DNA of 64,000 bases from a virus. Position 1 is the first letter of the stretch. Each line of letters begins with the position of its first letter. This document shows positions 60,562 to 64,000 of this stretch, piece after piece. The notes beneath the pieces are model-generated. The model was given only the letters and a program-made list of their open reading frames with translations, was not told where the DNA came from and searched no databases. A program made the translations under genes and the position numbers. The stretch covers positions 1-64,000 of IMG/VR virus record IMGVR_UViG_3300033571_024432; one strand, 5' to 3'.

Positions 60562-61156
60562 AAATATTTCTAAAAAGATTAAAGAATTAGAGATGAGATT
60601 GGCGCCTGTTATAATTTGTGTTAATGATTTTACAGAAGAGAATGCAAATCAATTTATTAAAGAAATTGGATTAGCACATAACACTGGACAGCCTATTATT
60701 CCTGTTGTAATTGATAGTTATGGCGGTGATGTATATTCATTAGGTCGTATGATTGATGCTATTAAAAATGCAACTTTACCTGTTGCGACTATAGTTGAAG
60801 GAAAAGCAATGAGTTGTGGAGCTATTCTGATGACATATGGAACCAAAGGATATCGTTATTGTAATCAAGATGCAACAGTTATGATGCATGATATTAGTGC
60901 TTCATCTTATGGTAAAATTGAAGAAATACGTAGTTCATTACAAGAAGTTGATAGATTACAAAGTAAAATTTTAGCAGAAGTTGATAGAAATTGTTGTCAG
61001 GAAAAAGGTTATTTTAATAAAAATATTCATGATAAAGGTCGAGCAGATTGGTTTATTAATCCTGATGAAGCTCTTGCGATAGGTATGTGTGATAAATTAG
61101 GAAATCCTAATTTAAATATTGATTTTAAAGTTGACATTTCGTTTAAATTTGATTGA
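60548..61156 (+). CDS. clpP: ClpP-family serine protease (triad intact)
   Basis: VIDSYGG, GKAMSCGA (Ser), MMHD (His), ADWF..PDEAL..G..D. Start ATG 60548 follows AAGGAG. Confidence 0.85.
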   Translation: MKLIRNISKKIKELEMRLAPVIICVNDFTEENANQFIKEIGLAHNTGQPIIPVVIDSYGGDVYSLGRMIDAIKNATLPVATIVEGKAMSCGAILMTYGTKGYRYCNQDATVMMHDISASSYGKIEEIRSSLQEVDRLQSKILAEVDRNCCQEKGYFNKNIHDKGRADWFINPDEALAIGMCDKLGNPNLNIDFKVDISFKFD

Positions 61157-61168
61157 AAGAAAAAAAAT

Positions 61169-61864
61169 ATGGTAGAATATAATAACAAAATTTATTTATA
61201 TGAAGATAATATAGGATATGTTGAGTATATTCAACATGTTGGTAATGATTTAACAATCGTTAATGCTGCGCGTGTATCGACAGGAAAAGAATCTGTAAAT
61301 TTTGAAGAGAAAGATAGGAAATTATTAGATTTTCTGATCAAATCAGGACATACATCAACTCTTGAACATAATATCTTAACTGTTAGATGTAAAGTTCCAA
61401 TGTTTATTTCTAAACAACATATGAGGCATAGAACACAATCATATAATGAAATAAGTAGAAGATATACAGCAGAAAAAATTGAATTTTATATCCCTGATTC
61501 ATTAAGACCGCAGGATAAAAAGAATCGTCAAGCAACATTGATGGAAGAATATAATCCTTTATTAGAAACAACAGGCTTTGATGCTATTAATAGTTTAAGA
61601 TTACATTGTGAAAATTCAAAAAAAGTATATGATGAAATGATTCAAAAAGGTGTAGGAAGAGAAATGGCTAGAATGTATTTACCTCAGAATTTATATACTA
61701 CATATTGGGCTACAGCTAATTTAAATAATTGGATGGATTTTGTATCTAAAAGATCTCATATAGATGCGCAATATGAGATTAGACAATTGGCTGAAGGTGT
61801 TGAAAAAATTATTAGAGATTTATGGCCTTTTGCATATGAATCATATTTAAATAATAAAAAATAA
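61169..61864 (+). CDS. thyX: Canonical flavin-dependent thymidylate synthase
   Basis: IVNAARVS, GHTSTLEH, RHRTQSYNEISRRY, AQYEIR. Confidence 0.95.
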   Translation: MVEYNNKIYLYEDNIGYVEYIQHVGNDLTIVNAARVSTGKESVNFEEKDRKLLDFLIKSGHTSTLEHNILTVRCKVPMFISKQHMRHRTQSYNEISRRYTAEKIEFYIPDSLRPQDKKNRQATLMEEYNPLLETTGFDAINSLRLHCENSKKVYDEMIQKGVGREMARMYLPQNLYTTYWATANLNNWMDFVSKRSHIDAQYEIRQLAEGVEKIIRDLWPFAYESYLNNKK

Positions 61865-61904
61865 TAATATTGAATAAATAGATATTAATTAAAAGGAATA
61901 AACA

Positions 61905-63626
61905 GTGTTAATATCTGATGAAAGTTTATTAAGAAAATATATTAATAATTTAATATTTGAAGGTTTTACTCCACAAAATCCTTCTATTTCTTTTGTTGAT
62001 AGTAGTAAATTTATAAATCCTATTTATAATAAAATATGTAAGGAAATTTTACCATTAGTTTTAGGTGAATTAAATAAATTTTATCCTGATTTAAGTCAAT
62101 TTATATTTAAATCATTTAATAATAAATATACAGTACATAAAGATAAATTATTAAATGCATTATCTGATCCTGCTTTTATTACATCAATATTGTCTAAACT
62201 TCCTGATTTAAAAAATTTTATCGATATTAATGAAATGTTGACTCCAGATAATGTTCGATTTATAAAATTAATTAATAATAATTTAGGTGGATTTAAAATA
62301 TTAAATTCTGATACTCCTTTTAATGTTCAAATATTTTTTTCAAATAATGATGCTGGTTTATGGTCAAATAATATAACAAATATAAATATCCCAAAAGACG
62401 CATATGCAGGGTTTTTTCAATTGGTCGGATATAAACAAACAGGTATAGAATGTTATATAACTTTTAATTTATTTCATTTTATATATCACTCTTTTTTTAT
62501 ATATTATGTTGGTGTTACAAGAAAAAATGATTCATGGGAAAATGTATTTAATAAATATCTGAGTGATTCTATTAAAATTCAATTATTAAAAGTAATAAGA
62601 CATGAATTAGAGCACGCATTTCAGACAACAAATAATCTTTTAAATAAGATGAAAACTCGTCTTATTAATTATATAAATCCTATTTTAAAGCAGACAAGAA
62701 ATAAAGAAAGAAAAATAAGGGCTAAAGATAGGTTAGCAGGTAAAAATATTGCCATACCAATTAAATCAAGTATTGTATCTTTTTTAAAAGATAAAAATAC
62801 TGATTATCTTCATTTTAAAAAATTGACGCTAATATTATTAGAAACATTACGTGAAAGTCCTTCAATATCTATACAATATAGTGTTAATAAAAAAAGAAAA
62901 GGATATGGCTTTACTAAAACAAATCCTAATATTTTAAAATATTCAAATCAAAAATATGTAAATCAAAATAATAATATTGCTAGTGATCGCGAATCTAAAT
63001 TATATCGATATGATCCAGTTGAAATAATTCCGCAATTAAATGATCTTGTAATGTCATATGTATTTGCTGCTGCTGGATTTTTTGCAAATGTAGAATCGGC
63101 AATAGATTGGTTTTTTGAATTTATTGAATCTGATTTATTTAAAGAAAAATATGCTTTTGAAAAAGATTCAAAAACAAAAACTGATATATTAGAGGCATTT
63201 TTAAAGAATTCTAATTGTTTAAAAAATAAAGAGTTTGTAATTGATGATGTATTAATTAATAATAAATTACCATATAAATCTTTTAATTTTACAGAAGATT
63301 TTAATGAAATAATTAATGAATTTATTAATAATTTTAATTATATAACAATTGGTCAATCAGACTTATTATTTGATTTATTATCTGTTAAATCAAATGAACG
63401 TAATATTTATTTTGATGAAAGCACACCTACAGTAAATATTAATAGATCTGAATCTGTTTTAACAGATACTGATATCTTAAACGATCCTCAAACAAAGTCA
63501 GTAAATATTACTGATTTAAATAATTATAGAGATAAGCTTGGAAAAGAAATTAAAAATTTGTTTATTAAAAAAATGAAAAAATTGTGGCAACAAAAAAATA
63601 TGTTGAATATAAATTTAGATATTTAA
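61905..63626 (+). CDS. Leader-bearing protein with a zincin HExxH motif
   Basis: GTG start after AAGGA; SLLRKYINNLIFEG leader; VIRHELEHAFQ; downstream YRYDPVE. Confidence 0.6.
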   Translation: MLISDESLLRKYINNLIFEGFTPQNPSISFVDSSKFINPIYNKICKEILPLVLGELNKFYPDLSQFIFKSFNNKYTVHKDKLLNALSDPAFITSILSKLPDLKNFIDINEMLTPDNVRFIKLINNNLGGFKILNSDTPFNVQIFFSNNDAGLWSNNITNINIPKDAYAGFFQLVGYKQTGIECYITFNLFHFIYHSFFIYYVGVTRKNDSWENVFNKYLSDSIKIQLLKVIRHELEHAFQTTNNLLNKMKTRLINYINPILKQTRNKERKIRAKDRLAGKNIAIPIKSSIVSFLKDKNTDYLHFKKLTLILLETLRESPSISIQYSVNKKRKGYGFTKTNPNILKYSNQKYVNQNNNIASDRESKLYRYDPVEIIPQLNDLVMSYVFAAAGFFANVESAIDWFFEFIESDLFKEKYAFEKDSKTKTDILEAFLKNSNCLKNKEFVIDDVLINNKLPYKSFNFTEDFNEIINEFINNFNYITIGQSDLLFDLLSVKSNERNIYFDESTPTVNINRSESVLTDTDILNDPQTKSVNITDLNNYRDKLGKEIKNLFIKKMKKLWQQKNMLNINLDI

Positions 63627-63829
63627 TCTATAATTTCATCTATAAAATGTTGCAACCAAACTAATGGTACTATATTCTTTTTACCATCTAAAAAATATTC
63701 TATTTCATCATATCCACCGTCATTTTCAGCTAAATTTATTTTTATAAAAAGACCATATACATCATCTTTTTTAAATAATTTATTCACTAACTGTTCTTTT
63801 TTATCTATGTTTTGTAAAACACTACTCAT
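63623..63829 (-). CDS. Small hypothetical protein
   Basis: ATG-started 68-aa ORF, convergent with 61905..63626. Confidence 0.5.
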   Translation of the reverse strand: MSSVLQNIDKKEQLVNKLFKKDDVYGLFIKINLAENDGGYDEIEYFLDGKKNIVPLVWLQHFIDEIID

Positions 63830-63840
63830 TTTATTATAAT
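63812..63840 (+). promoter_or_regulatory. Sigma70-type promoter TTGTAA-N17-TATAAT
   Basis: TTGTAA 63812-63817 and TATAAT 63835-63840, upstream of the AGGAG/ATG at 63884. Confidence 0.6.
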
Positions 63841-63883
63841 ATTCTATATACTTACGCTAATATAAAATTAAATAGGAGTAAAA

Positions 63884-64000
63884 ATGAAATTACATGATAA
63901 TTCAATTTCGCATATTGCCAAAATTGTGCAAATGGCAATTTTAACAGGAACAGACATTGTTGATAATCTACGTTCTGTTGAATTTGATATTGAAAATGAT
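63884..64000 (+). CDS. Hypothetical protein, 3'-truncated by the window edge
   Basis: AGGAG RBS; MKLHDNSISHIAKIVQMAILTGTDIVDNLRSVEFDIEND. Confidence 0.7.
   Translation, partial: MKLHDNSISHIAKIVQMAILTGTDIVDNLRSVEFDIEND

Noticed and set aside
1-64000. Stop-codon reassignment (alternative genetic code)
   Set aside because: Long ORFs tile the window under code 11, and TAA, TGA and TAG all end genes. The two breaks (6533 and 14269) are isolated.
1-64000. tRNA, rRNA or CRISPR array
   Set aside because: I saw no cloverleaf or T-loop signature, no rRNA-like tract and no regularly spaced repeat-spacer series. A tRNAscan or Infernal run would be needed to exclude them fully.

Overview
This is a 64-kb fragment of a very AT-rich (roughly three-quarters A+T by eye), large contractile-tailed phage with T4-like module logic; genetic code 11 fits throughout. 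Left to right it contains: (i) accessory genes, including two kinase-like genes and a ThyX-like/NMP kinase/AdoMet decarboxylase cluster; (ii) a neck, sheath, tube, chaperone, tape-measure and baseplate module with three sheath paralogs; (iii) a minimal family A polymerase and three more kinase genes; (iv) a replication and nucleotide module (SSB, recA split by a group I intron, 5'-3' exonuclease, helicase, dUTPase, nrdA fractured by a split intein plus a free-standing GIY-YIG nuclease, nrdB); (v) more accessory genes, an inactive/active ClpP pair and a canonical thyX. The main candidates for new biology are two. First, about 14 otherwise unrelated proteins share an N-terminal amphipathic leader ending in (L/I/F)-x-E, and they carry kinase, ART-like and Zn-peptidase payloads, suggesting a virion-packaged effector set. 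Second, a divergent ThyX paralog is coupled to an NMP kinase and a pyruvoyl decarboxylase, suggesting a base-modification pathway. All product calls come from motif recognition by eye; no database searches were run. No tRNA, rRNA or CRISPR array was seen.
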